Origin: Parasphingopyxis sp.
Lineage (GTDB): Bacteria; Pseudomonadota; Alphaproteobacteria; Sphingomonadales; Sphingomonadaceae
Direction: 5' to 3'
DNA: 64,000 nt
Assembly: GCF_052168295.1 (NCBI RefSeq)
Contig: NZ_JBQLZN010000056.1
Span: 758-64,757 of the forward strand
Shown here: one piece after another, positions 1-9,181 of the stretch
Numbering within the stretch: position 1 is the stretch's first letter
Layout: each line of letters starts with the position of its first letter
The notes under the pieces: generated by a model
Database searches by the model: none
Seen by the model: the letters and a program-made list of their open reading frames with translations, nothing else
What the model was told of the DNA's origin: nothing
Translations under genes and position numbers: made by a program

Positions 1-1
1 G

Positions 2-697
2 CTGCGCTGGACCAATGCGGAGATCGTCTCCGATCCGGTGGCACTGGCGCGCTTCCTGATCGCGCTGCTCTTCCTCGTCGACGTCGCCTTCGCGACGGTC
101 GGTTATGTGCTGACGCTGCGGCCGCTGGATTCGCATATCCGCTCGGCGAATCCCTATGCGCAGGGCTGGGTCGCGGCGCTGATCTGCTACCCGCCCTTCA
201 TCCTGATGAATCCCGGCGGGCCGCTCGATTATCACCAGAATACGGCGGACTGGACGCTCTGGCTCGACGGCTGGCCCGTCGCGCTGGCCGCGATGGGCGC
301 GGTGCTGGTCATCCTCACCGCGATCTATGCCTGGGCGACGGTCGCCTTCGGCATCCGCTTTTCCAACCTCACGCATCGCGGCATCCTGACCCACGGTCCC
401 TTTCGCTGGACGCGCCACCCGGCCTATCTCTCGAAAAACGCATTCTGGTGGCTGGCGACGATGCCGTTCATCGCGACGAGCGGCAATCCGGTCGACATGA
501 TCCGCAACACCATACTCCTCGCGCTCGTCAGCGCCGTCTATTACTGGCGCGCCAAGACCGAAGAAAAGCATCTGATGGCCGATCCGGCCTATCGCGAATA
601 TTGGCACTGGATGGAGCGCAACGCGCCGGTGCCGCGCTTCTTCGCTTGGGCCACGGGCCGCAAGGGCAAGCCGGGCGAGATGGTGCCGGCCGAATAA
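2..697 (+). CDS. Isoprenylcysteine carboxyl methyltransferase (ICMT/DUF1295-like) membrane protein, 5'-truncated by the window edge
   Basis: Frame is open from base 2. Multiple hydrophobic segments and the HG.F..TRHPAYLSK...RAKTEE.HL..DP.Y motif typical of ICMT/PEMT-like proteins. Confidence 0.7.
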   Translation: MRWTNAEIVSDPVALARFLIALLFLVDVAFATVGYVLTLRPLDSHIRSANPYAQGWVAALICYPPFILMNPGGPLDYHQNTADWTLWLDGWPVALAAMGAVLVILTAIYAWATVAFGIRFSNLTHRGILTHGPFRWTRHPAYLSKNAFWWLATMPFIATSGNPVDMIRNTILLALVSAVYYWRAKTEEKHLMADPAYREYWHWMERNAPVPRFFAWATGRKGKPGEMVPAE

Positions 698-832
698 GCG
701 CCTCCCGCCCGTCAATCGCATTTGGACGCGGTTCGAATTCACGGATAGGATCGCCCCGCAACTAGGCGGAGCAGGATAGTGGACGGATCGCAGTCAGTGC
801 GCGCGACAGATGGCGTATCCGGCGGCCGCCCG

Positions 833-1978
833 ATGGATACCGCGCGCGATATCCTTGCAACGCTGATTGCCTTCGACACAACCTCGCGGAACAGCAATCT
901 GGCGATGATCGCGTGGATCGAGGAGCATCTCGCGCATCATAGCGTTCGCGCGACGCGGGTCGCCGATGCGGAGGCGCCCAAGGCCAGCCTCTATGCGACG
1001 GTCGGCCCGCCGGTCGAAGGCGGCGTCATCCTGTCCGGCCATAGCGACGTCGTGCCCGTCGATGGCCAGGATTGGGCGACCGATCCCTGGACGGTGACGG
1101 AACGCGCGGGCCGGCTCCACGGGCGCGGCACCTGCGACATGAAGGGGTTTATCGCGCTCGCCCTGGCGGCGGTGCCGATGTTCAAGCAGGGCAAACGCCC
1201 CGTGCATCTGGCGATCAGCTATGACGAGGAAATCGGCTGCAAGGGCGCGCCCGCGCTCATCGCCGAGATCGCGGACGCGCTTCCCGCGCCCCGCCTCGCC
1301 ATCGTCGGCGAACCCTCGATGATGCGGATCATCAACGGTCACAAGGGCATCTGCGTCTACCAGGTCGATGTCTGGGGCCATGAGGCGCACAGCTCGCAGA
1401 CCCATCTCGGCGTTTCGGCCAATATGGTGGCGGTCGATCTCATGCACGATCTGGCCGAACTCGCGCGGGAGCTCGAAGCGTCGGCCGACCCGGATAACGG
1501 CTTCGATCCACCCCATGCGACGCTGACCATCGGGCGGATGCATGGCGGCACGGCCGACAATATCCTGGCCCGTCACGCCCGCTTCCATTTCGACCTGCGC
1601 TGCCCGCCGGGCGAGGACGCGCGTGTACTGCTGGCGCCATTCGCCGAAAAATGCCAGGCGCTGGACGCGCAGCTCAAGGCCGCATTTCCGGATACAGGCG
1701 TCACGATGACCGAACTCGCCAACGCCCCGCCGATGACGCCGAGCGGCAGCGCCGATGCCGTGGCCTTCGTCCGCAAGCTGACCGGCGACAACCGCCCCGC
1801 TAGCGCCGTCGCCTTTGCCGCCGAGGGCGGCCAGTTCCAGCAGGCCGGTTTCCCGACCGTGATCTGCGGCCCCGGCTCCATAGAGCAGGCGCATCAGCCC
1901 AACGAATATCTGTCGCTCGACCAGTTCCAGCGCGGCGCGGATTTCATGCAGCGGCTGGCGGAGGAGCTTAGGAGGTGA
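833..1978 (+). CDS. argE: Acetylornithine deacetylase (M20 family)
   Basis: GHSDVVP, GRGTCDMKG, YDEEIGC and AHQPNE motifs. Start chosen at ATG 833 (MDTARDIL). Confidence 0.85.
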   Translation: MDTARDILATLIAFDTTSRNSNLAMIAWIEEHLAHHSVRATRVADAEAPKASLYATVGPPVEGGVILSGHSDVVPVDGQDWATDPWTVTERAGRLHGRGTCDMKGFIALALAAVPMFKQGKRPVHLAISYDEEIGCKGAPALIAEIADALPAPRLAIVGEPSMMRIINGHKGICVYQVDVWGHEAHSSQTHLGVSANMVAVDLMHDLAELARELEASADPDNGFDPPHATLTIGRMHGGTADNILARHARFHFDLRCPPGEDARVLLAPFAEKCQALDAQLKAAFPDTGVTMTELANAPPMTPSGSADAVAFVRKLTGDNRPASAVAFAAEGGQFQQAGFPTVICGPGSIEQAHQPNEYLSLDQFQRGADFMQRLAEELRR

Positions 1979-2156
1979 GAGTCAGCGACGCAAAGAGATG
2001 CTAGCAGCGGTACGGGCTATGACTGTTCTCGACCAAATTGCCGACATTGGCAGTCCATCGCATGGCTCTCACAAGCGGAGGATGAGAAAACAGCGACTGA
2101 TTTTGCAGCCGAAATATTCAAGACTGCCGTCTTCGCAGCTGCTTAGGTCGCCGGTC

Positions 2157-2837
2157 ATGATCGATCCGCGCAAGGCATACGAAGATACCGAGACGCCGTT
2201 CACCCCCGCCCTTGGGACGGCCGAGCATACGTCAGACTATGATCGCGTCATTGCTGTCATGACGCGCGAGAGAAAATGGCGCCGGCGGATGCTCGAAGAG
2301 CTGTTGCCCCGCGACGGCCAAACCATCGTTGATCTCGGCGCAGGGACAGGCACCTTCGCGATCATGGTGAAGCGCTTCGAACCCGACGCGCGAGTCATCG
2401 CAATCGACCCCGATCCCGAAGTCCTTGCCATAGCAGAATCAAAAGCTGCCGGTCTCGATATCGTCTTCGAGGAAGTCATGGGCGACCTGCCACCCTCTTC
2501 AGTGGATTGCGGTACGGTCGATATGGTCACCAGTTCCCTCGTTCTGCATCAATGCCCGATGGCGATGAAGAAAGGAATTCTCGCAAACGCCTTCTGCCTT
2601 TTGAAGCCGGGCGGGCGCTTTCTGATCTCCGACTATGGTGAGCAGCGCGATCTCTTAATGCACATCCTCTTTAAGCAGGTGCGCGAACTCGACGGCTACG
2701 AAAACACGAAGGCGAACAAGGATGGCTTGCTTCCGCAACTGATCGAAGAGGCAGGCTTTGTCGACGTTGCCGAACGATATGTGACGAAAACCCCGACCGG
2801 GTCCATTTCACTCTATACCGCCTCGAAGCCCGACTGA
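2157..2837 (+). CDS. Class I SAM-dependent methyltransferase
   Basis: VDLGAGTG motif I and D.V.SSLVLH...LKPGG motifs. Start at ATG 2157 is uncertain. Confidence 0.8.
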   Translation: MIDPRKAYEDTETPFTPALGTAEHTSDYDRVIAVMTRERKWRRRMLEELLPRDGQTIVDLGAGTGTFAIMVKRFEPDARVIAIDPDPEVLAIAESKAAGLDIVFEEVMGDLPPSSVDCGTVDMVTSSLVLHQCPMAMKKGILANAFCLLKPGGRFLISDYGEQRDLLMHILFKQVRELDGYENTKANKDGLLPQLIEEAGFVDVAERYVTKTPTGSISLYTASKPD

Positions 2838-3547
2838 TGCCTTGGTCAGGTCAGTTCGCATTCGGCGAAGCGATCGCCGCATATGTCGGGCTTCCCGACA
2901 GCAACGATCTTCATGCCCATGCGGCGTATCAGCTCGTTATCGGTCATGGGAACGATATCTGCCTGACGGATGAGAGTGGAACAGTCCATCGGGGCCTCGC
3001 CTTCATCATTCGCCCATCGGTGCCACATGCGATAGATAGCGATGGTCCGCTGACAATCGTCTATTTCGATCCGCAGGCGTCTCAGGCGCTCGACCTGGCG
3101 GACCATCTCGGTACTGACGATTTTGTGTGCGTCGATCCGACCGTTTTGCAACTTGCACATTCACAAAGCCCAACCGAACTCGTGTCCGCCCTCGAAGGGC
3201 TTGCGAGGGCTCAATGCCCTATGCTTGACCAAAGACTATTAAAGGCGCTGGACAGATTGCGTGCAGAGCCGGGCGAAGTGACCATCGCACAGGCGGCGCG
3301 CCTTGCCGGCTTATCGGAATCGCGGTTGCGTACCCTCACACGCGAACAGTTCGGCGTGCCGCTGTCGAGTTGGCTGATATGGCGAAAACTCGAAACCGCA
3401 GCGCAGACCCTGGCGCGCGGCGAAGGTCTGGCCGAAGCGGCCTATGCTGGCGGGTTTTCAGATCAGGCCCACTTCTCGCGCGCGATGCGCCGCATGCTCG
3501 GCATCACGCCGAGCGCAGCGGCAAAGTCGCTGGGCAGCCGAAGTTAG
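2837..3547 (+). CDS. AraC family transcriptional regulator
   Basis: N-terminal cupin-like HAH.AYQL and C-terminal double HTH (LSESRL...AA..GGFSDQAHFSR). TGATG coupling to the upstream methyltransferase. Confidence 0.9.
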   Translation: MPWSGQFAFGEAIAAYVGLPDSNDLHAHAAYQLVIGHGNDICLTDESGTVHRGLAFIIRPSVPHAIDSDGPLTIVYFDPQASQALDLADHLGTDDFVCVDPTVLQLAHSQSPTELVSALEGLARAQCPMLDQRLLKALDRLRAEPGEVTIAQAARLAGLSESRLRTLTREQFGVPLSSWLIWRKLETAAQTLARGEGLAEAAYAGGFSDQAHFSRAMRRMLGITPSAAAKSLGSRS

Positions 3548-3613
3548 CAACCGCTTTGTTCAAGAACGGCGTTACGGGACGGAATACATCGCTTCCATCA
3601 CAGGAGGCAGACA

Positions 3614-4495
3614 ATGGATACAATCCAACCGGTCGTTCGCTACGCGTATGCACCGCTTTTCTTCATCTTTTTCATCGGACTTGCACTATCGCTAGTTGGT
3701 GAGGGCTACAGTAAGATTTGGCTTGTCGCCCTGCTGTTTCCGGCGATCGGCCTTTCTTTCCTCGCCGAACGGATCGCGCCGTTTGAGAAGGTCTGGAACA
3801 CATCGAAAGGCGATGTGTGGCGGGACACAATTCATGCCATAGTAAACGAGCTATCCAATATCGTTGCGATCGCGGCCATTCCGGTGCTGGCGGCGCTCAC
3901 CTATGGTTTTGATGTGTGGCCGACAGAATGGCCGCTCTGGGCGCAGCTCGCGATGGCGATCCTCATTGCCGATTTCGGGATCACGATGGCGCATTACGCG
4001 AGCCATAAGATCGAGGCGCTCTGGTGTCTGCATGCCGTGCATCACAGCGTCGAGCGCATGTATGGTTTCAACGGGCTGATGAAGCATCCCCTGCATCAGG
4101 CGATTGAGCTGACAGTTGGGACAACCCCGCTTCTACTGATAGGCATGCCGCTTGAAATAGGTGCGTTGCTAGGCTTCGCCGCGGCTATCCATTTGCTGCT
4201 GCAGCATTCGAATGTCGACATGCGCGTCGGACCGCTAATTTACTTATGGGCGGTCGCGCCGGGTCACCGTCACCACCATCTGGCGCGCAAGGTCGAGGGC
4301 GATGTGAACTTTGGGCTCTTCACGATGATCTGGGACCATATGCTCGGGACTTTCGTGAAGGATCGACCGCAACCCCGCGAAGGCGATCTGGGTGTGGCAG
4401 GGCGGCCCGACTTTCCGGTCGGCTACATGGCGCAGCTGATCGATCCATTCCGCAAGCGGCCAGATAGCTATGGCAACATCGAACCGGCGGAGTGA
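3614..4495 (+). CDS. Sterol desaturase / fatty acid hydroxylase family membrane di-iron enzyme
   Basis: His boxes HYASH, LHAVHHS, QHSN and HRHHH, plus NFG..TMIWDHMLGT. Confidence 0.85.
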   Translation: MDTIQPVVRYAYAPLFFIFFIGLALSLVGEGYSKIWLVALLFPAIGLSFLAERIAPFEKVWNTSKGDVWRDTIHAIVNELSNIVAIAAIPVLAALTYGFDVWPTEWPLWAQLAMAILIADFGITMAHYASHKIEALWCLHAVHHSVERMYGFNGLMKHPLHQAIELTVGTTPLLLIGMPLEIGALLGFAAAIHLLLQHSNVDMRVGPLIYLWAVAPGHRHHHLARKVEGDVNFGLFTMIWDHMLGTFVKDRPQPREGDLGVAGRPDFPVGYMAQLIDPFRKRPDSYGNIEPAE

Positions 4496-4843
4496 CATGC
4501 CATAGACGTCCGTCCTAACGGTAGAGCACCGACCTGCAATATCGTAGGAAATACGATGGAAGCCGCGATAGTCTATAGATCGCTAGATCCTATTTCCTGT
4601 CCTACAGGCGCACGCTTATGATATCGTTATGCCAGCGGTAAAACTGCCGGCTCTTTGACCCCGTCGATTCCCAGGACGGCATGTCCTGTTGCACACGCTA
4701 CTGTCATCTTGTGTGGCGAATAGGACGCAGGTTTTGCCGGGCGTGTGTCAACGAGTGTCAACCGGGACCCGACTGGCCACCGCGCTGCGCGTCTACTTCG
4801 TCAACTTATTCAGCAAGGCCATGCTTTTCCTGAACGCGTGCGC

Positions 4844-6217
4844 CTAAAAACTCTCTTCCGCGTATACCCGCGTCACATCGCCGGCCCATGCGCCGTGATA
4901 GCGCTCGAGCAGCCTCTCCGCCGGCGTCTTGCCGCTGGCGACGATTTCGCGGAGCGGATCGAGGAAGCCGCTTTCATTGTCGCCGCTGCCATTGAGGCGG
5001 GCCCGCGCGCTCAACCCCGCGGTTGCGATATCGAGGATTTCGGGGGCGAGTTCGCCGAGCTGGCGCCCATTGGGCAGCGGCGCCCTGAGGCCGAGTTCGG
5101 GCACCGCGTCGCGCAGCTTCTCCCGGCCTTCAATCGTCCAGTTCTTGACGATATCCCAGGCCGCATCGAGCGCGCTCTGGTCGTAGAGCAGCCCGACCCA
5201 GAGCGCGGGGAGGGCGCAGATCCGGTTCCACGGGCCGCCGTCCGCGCCGCGCATCTCGAGAAAGCTTTTGAGGCGGACCTCGGGGAAGATCGTCGAGAGA
5301 TGGTCGTTCCAGTCGTCCAGCGTCGGCTTTTCGCCGGGCAGGATCGGCAGTTCGCCCTTCAGGAAATCGCGGAAGGAAAGGCCCGAAGCGTCCAGATATT
5401 CGCCGTCGCGATAGGCGAAATACATCGGCACATCGAGCGCATAGTCGAGATAGCGCTCATAGCCGAAACCGTCCTCGAAGACGAAGGGCAGCATGCCCGT
5501 GCGGTCCGGATCGGTGTCCGACCAGATATGGCTGCGGAAGGAGAGGAAGCCGTTGGGCTTGCCTTCGGTGAAAGGCGAATTGGCGAAGAGCGCGGTGGCA
5601 AGCGGCTGGAGCGCAAGTCCGACGCGGAACTTCTGCACCATGTCCGCCTCGCTCGCATAGTCGAGATTGGTCTGGATGGTGCAGGTGCGCAGCATCATGT
5701 CGAGGCCGAGATTGCCTTTTTTGGGCATGTAATCGAGCATGATCTTGTAGCGGCCCTTGGGCATGATCGGCAGCTCGGCGCGCGTCTTGTCCGGCCACAT
5801 GCCAAGGCCAAGAAAGCCCTTGCCGGTCTTTTCGCCGATGGCTTTGACCTGTTCGAGATGCCGTCCCGTTTCGGCGCAGGTTTCGTGCAGATTGTCGAGC
5901 GCGGCGCCGGATAACTCCAACTGCCCGGCCGGTTCGAGACTGACCGTGCCGTCCGCGCCGCGCATTGCAATGACCTTGCCCTTTTCCTCGATCGGCTCCC
6001 AGCCGAACTCGGTCAGTGCGAGGAGGAGGTCCCGGATGCCGCCCGGTTCGTCATAGGAGGGGGCATGCAAATCGTTGCGGCAATAGACGAATTTCTCGTG
6101 CTCGGTGCCGATCTTCCATTTATCGGCGGGCTTTTCGCCCCCCGCAAAGACTTCGAGCAATTGCTGGCGATCCTCGATGACCGGCGCGTCGCCCGCAGAA
6201 GCCGTCTTCGTGCTCAT
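4844..6217 (-). CDS. gshA: Glutamate--cysteine ligase (plant/alphaproteobacterial type)
   Basis: IGTEHEKF, SLEPAGQLELSG, MMLRTCTIQTNLD, IFPEVRLK and LEMRGADGG motifs. Confidence 0.95.
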   Translation of the reverse strand: MSTKTASAGDAPVIEDRQQLLEVFAGGEKPADKWKIGTEHEKFVYCRNDLHAPSYDEPGGIRDLLLALTEFGWEPIEEKGKVIAMRGADGTVSLEPAGQLELSGAALDNLHETCAETGRHLEQVKAIGEKTGKGFLGLGMWPDKTRAELPIMPKGRYKIMLDYMPKKGNLGLDMMLRTCTIQTNLDYASEADMVQKFRVGLALQPLATALFANSPFTEGKPNGFLSFRSHIWSDTDPDRTGMLPFVFEDGFGYERYLDYALDVPMYFAYRDGEYLDASGLSFRDFLKGELPILPGEKPTLDDWNDHLSTIFPEVRLKSFLEMRGADGGPWNRICALPALWVGLLYDQSALDAAWDIVKNWTIEGREKLRDAVPELGLRAPLPNGRQLGELAPEILDIATAGLSARARLNGSGDNESGFLDPLREIVASGKTPAERLLERYHGAWAGDVTRVYAEESF

Positions 6218-6296
6218 GTCCCGCCCTTAGCGGCCTGAGCCGTCCAGCGCCAGTATAGCAGCGCTTGGGGGGCGTGAAGAAATGTGCGGGGGCGGC

Positions 6297-8267
6297 TCAG
6301 TCTACGGTCGTGCGGAATTTGAGCGCGAACGTGTCGGTCGGTCCAAGTGCGGCGGCCGTTGCCGTTATCGTGGTGCCGCTGATCGACGCACCGAACGGAT
6401 CGCTCTCGTCCGCGCCGGCGGCATCGTCGTCTTCGGCAGTCGTGGCGCTGGCGCAATTCGCGCCACTCGTCATGCTGCCGGCACTATAGCTCATATTGGC
6501 CGGAATCGCGTCGGTCGCCGTGATCGACGTCGCCGTGGCCGAACCCGGATTGGAGACGAGGATGCAATATTCGATCACCGCGCCCGGAATCCGGTAGGGA
6601 TCGGTTTCGTCGTTGACCGGATCGCTGATCACCGAGCTGATCTTGGTGACGCTCAACGTCGTTTCCGGGTTGCAGAAGAGGATGTCGTGGATCGAGGCGG
6701 CCTGGCCGTCCGGATCGGCCGGCGCGGTCGTATGGTTGCCATAGACGATCGTCACCGTGTCGACGGGCGAGAGGAAGGTGATCACGACATTGCCGTCGGC
6801 CGACGATCCGCCCGACCCGGCATCGCCGATCGCGACATTGCCGACGACATAGTTCGCAACGCCATTGGTAAGCACGGGCATGACGGTCGCGCCGTTGAAG
6901 CTGCCGGTGATCGTCAGCTTGTCGGCGAAGTCATTGGCGGCGAAGTCGATATCGAAGACACGGAATTGCAGGCCCGGCACGGCGGTCGGCAGGGTCAGCA
7001 CGGTCGTCGCGGCCTGGCTCTGCGTCGTATATTCGAGGAACTGGTAGAGCGCCTGCTCCGTTGATCCGAACCCGCCGGTGTTGTTGGTCGTGTCGTCGGG
7101 TGTGGAGTTGACGAAAGTGCCGTCGGTGCTGATCGCGAAGTTGATCGTGCCGATATTGGTGACGGCATAGCTGGTGTTCAGCGCCCCGGCGGTCCAGGCC
7201 CGGTTGTTCCAGTCGAACAGCGTCTGGTTGATTGCGGGGCAGACCGTCGTGAGGCTGGGCGGCGTGCCGGCGGTGCGGGTGCCCGAGACGCTGAATGTCG
7301 CGCTATCGTAGTCGTCTTCGCCGGCTGCGCCGTTACCGGGCGTGGAATCGGGATCGACGGCCGATGACGTGCTGACCTCGCCGATATTGGTAACCGTCGC
7401 GCCCGCGGTCGCATCGACGGTGGCGGTAATGGTCAGCGTCCGTGTCTGCCCGGGCGAAATCGAGGGAACGGTCCACACGCCGCTGCCGCTATTGTAACTG
7501 CCATCGCCCGAGGCGCTGACGAAGATCGTACCGAGCGGCAGGCTATCCTGCACCGTGACGCCGGTTGCCGTCTGGTTCGAGGCCGCCGAATTGGTCAGCG
7601 AAAGCGTATAGGTGATGCTCGTGCCGTTGGCGGGGCTCGAATTGCTGACGGTCTTGGCGAGCGAGAGATCGGCGAAATTGGCCGGCGTGTCCGTTAGATA
7701 AAGGTCCGCGCGCCGAAAGCTGCCATCGTCCTGCGAAGGGAAGATATCGCAGATTTCGAGCCGCCATGTGCCGGCCGAGTTTTCGCCGTCGAAAGCCGAC
7801 AGCGCGTTGTTCGGCACGAAATCATGCTCATAGGGCGGGGCGGTTGTCGAATGCGTGGCGGTATTGCCGTCGGTATTGACGAACTGCGTGCCTTCGTCGT
7901 TGAGGCGGACGTTGAAATTGTCGCCCGAAACATTGTTGGCGTCGCCATTGACCAGCTGGACCCGCGTTCCAGCGGGCGATTGGAGGGTGAGGCGGATATC
8001 GCCACGCCATGTATGGGTTGCCAGCAGCGCGAGATCGACGTCGGACACGGTGAAGGACGCGCCGACGCTGAAGTTGCGCACGAGCGGGGCCGTACACGTC
8101 GTGCCCGAATTGATGGCGCCGGTCGTCGTGTTCGAGAAGGTCGTGGTGGTCTGGGCAAAAGCGGGCGACGTGCTCAGCATGGCAATGGACGCGACGAAGC
8201 ACGCGCCCACGGCGCGGCATAGCCGTCCGGCCCAACCGGCTTTCGGCAATTCGCCAACCCCACTCAT
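6297..8267 (-). CDS. Secreted protein with a proprotein-convertase P domain and DUF11 (Ig-like) domains
   Basis: Signal peptide ending PAFA-Q. P-domain signature (HTWRGDIRLTLQSP...GTWRLEICD). DUF11 signatures (ADLSLAKTVSN...ITYTL.LTN; TKIS...PGAVIEY.I.VSN). Confidence 0.75.
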   Translation of the reverse strand: MSGVGELPKAGWAGRLCRAVGACFVASIAMLSTSPAFAQTTTTFSNTTTGAINSGTTCTAPLVRNFSVGASFTVSDVDLALLATHTWRGDIRLTLQSPAGTRVQLVNGDANNVSGDNFNVRLNDEGTQFVNTDGNTATHSTTAPPYEHDFVPNNALSAFDGENSAGTWRLEICDIFPSQDDGSFRRADLYLTDTPANFADLSLAKTVSNSSPANGTSITYTLSLTNSAASNQTATGVTVQDSLPLGTIFVSASGDGSYNSGSGVWTVPSISPGQTRTLTITATVDATAGATVTNIGEVSTSSAVDPDSTPGNGAAGEDDYDSATFSVSGTRTAGTPPSLTTVCPAINQTLFDWNNRAWTAGALNTSYAVTNIGTINFAISTDGTFVNSTPDDTTNNTGGFGSTEQALYQFLEYTTQSQAATTVLTLPTAVPGLQFRVFDIDFAANDFADKLTITGSFNGATVMPVLTNGVANYVVGNVAIGDAGSGGSSADGNVVITFLSPVDTVTIVYGNHTTAPADPDGQAASIHDILFCNPETTLSVTKISSVISDPVNDETDPYRIPGAVIEYCILVSNPGSATATSITATDAIPANMSYSAGSMTSGANCASATTAEDDDAAGADESDPFGASISGTTITATAAALGPTDTFALKFRTTVD

Positions 8268-8364
8268 GAGGGAAAGATTAACCAAACACGCTGAATATTT
8301 CGTAAAAGTGGAAGTCCGTTTCGGGACGCCGCCAAGCCCTTGGAAACAATGGCATTGGAGCGGC

Positions 8365-9114
8365 TCAGTCGCCCCAGTCGCCGCGCTCGGCCATCCACAC
8401 GCTGATCGCGGCTATGGCGGCCGTATCGGCGCGCAGAATGCGCGGGCCGAGGGATATCGGCACGGCGTTCGTCATCGCCTGGATCGCCGCGTCCTCGTCT
8501 TCGCTGAACCCGCCTTCGGGCCCGATGAGGATGGCCGCCGGGCCGCCATGATTGGCGAGGGCCGTAGGGAACGCATCGCCGCCGCGCTCGGCGGCATAGA
8601 ATAGCGTGCGATCCGACGGCCATTCCGCCAGCAGCGCGTCGAGCGTTGTAAGCTCGGTCAGTTCAGGCAGAGCGGTGCGTTCGCACTGTTCGGCGGCCTC
8701 GATCATGTGCGCGCGCAGTCGGTCCGGCTTGATCTTGTCGACGATCGTCCGCCGCGTGCGCACAGGCACGAGCCGTGCCACGCCCAGCTCGCATGCCTTC
8801 TCGACAATCCAGTCGATCCGGCCTTTCTTGATCGGCGCGAAACAGAGCCAGAGGTCTGGGACGGCCTCGCGCTCCCTCAGCTGCCCTTCGATTCGCAGCA
8901 CGGCGTCGCGCTTGCCGATATGGGCGAGTTCGGCCAGCCACTCGCCGGTCCGGTCGTCGAACAGCTTGACCTGCGCGCCCGCTTTCAGCCGCAGGACGCG
9001 CACCAGATAATTGGCCTGTGCCGCGTCGATCACGATTTCGTCGTCGGCTTCGAGCCGCGCATCGACGAAGAGGCGCGGCAGGCTGTCGGGCGGCCAGGCG
9101 GGCGTTGCAGGCAT
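8365..9114 (-). CDS. rsmE: 16S rRNA m3U1498 methyltransferase
   Basis: MPATPAWPP start, EKACELG, EAAEQC, LIGPEGGF and SLGPRILRADTA motifs. Confidence 0.95.
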   Translation of the reverse strand: MPATPAWPPDSLPRLFVDARLEADDEIVIDAAQANYLVRVLRLKAGAQVKLFDDRTGEWLAELAHIGKRDAVLRIEGQLREREAVPDLWLCFAPIKKGRIDWIVEKACELGVARLVPVRTRRTIVDKIKPDRLRAHMIEAAEQCERTALPELTELTTLDALLAEWPSDRTLFYAAERGGDAFPTALANHGGPAAILIGPEGGFSEDEDAAIQAMTNAVPISLGPRILRADTAAIAAISVWMAERGDWGD

Positions 9115-9181
9115 AACAGGCTCATATGCCGCTATCGCGGAGCTTGTCCAAGCCCGTATCGAGCGGATAGGGCGGTGCGCG

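Noticed and set aside
728-748. GGTTCGAAT, a T-loop-like sequence before argE
   Set aside because: The flanks do not form a T-stem and there is no cloverleaf.
4518-4548. GGTAGAGCACCGACCTGCAAT resembles a tRNA D-arm and anticodon fragment
   Set aside because: No acceptor stem or T-arm, and the anticodon stem pairs at only 3/5. Better explained as part of the degenerate cassette end.
4550-4840. Possible small ORF or sRNA in the AT-rich gap downstream of gshA (includes hairpin ATCGTA-GGAAA-TACGAT)
   Set aside because: Only short ORFs without RBS or recognisable motifs. A single 6-bp hairpin is insufficient to call an RNA.
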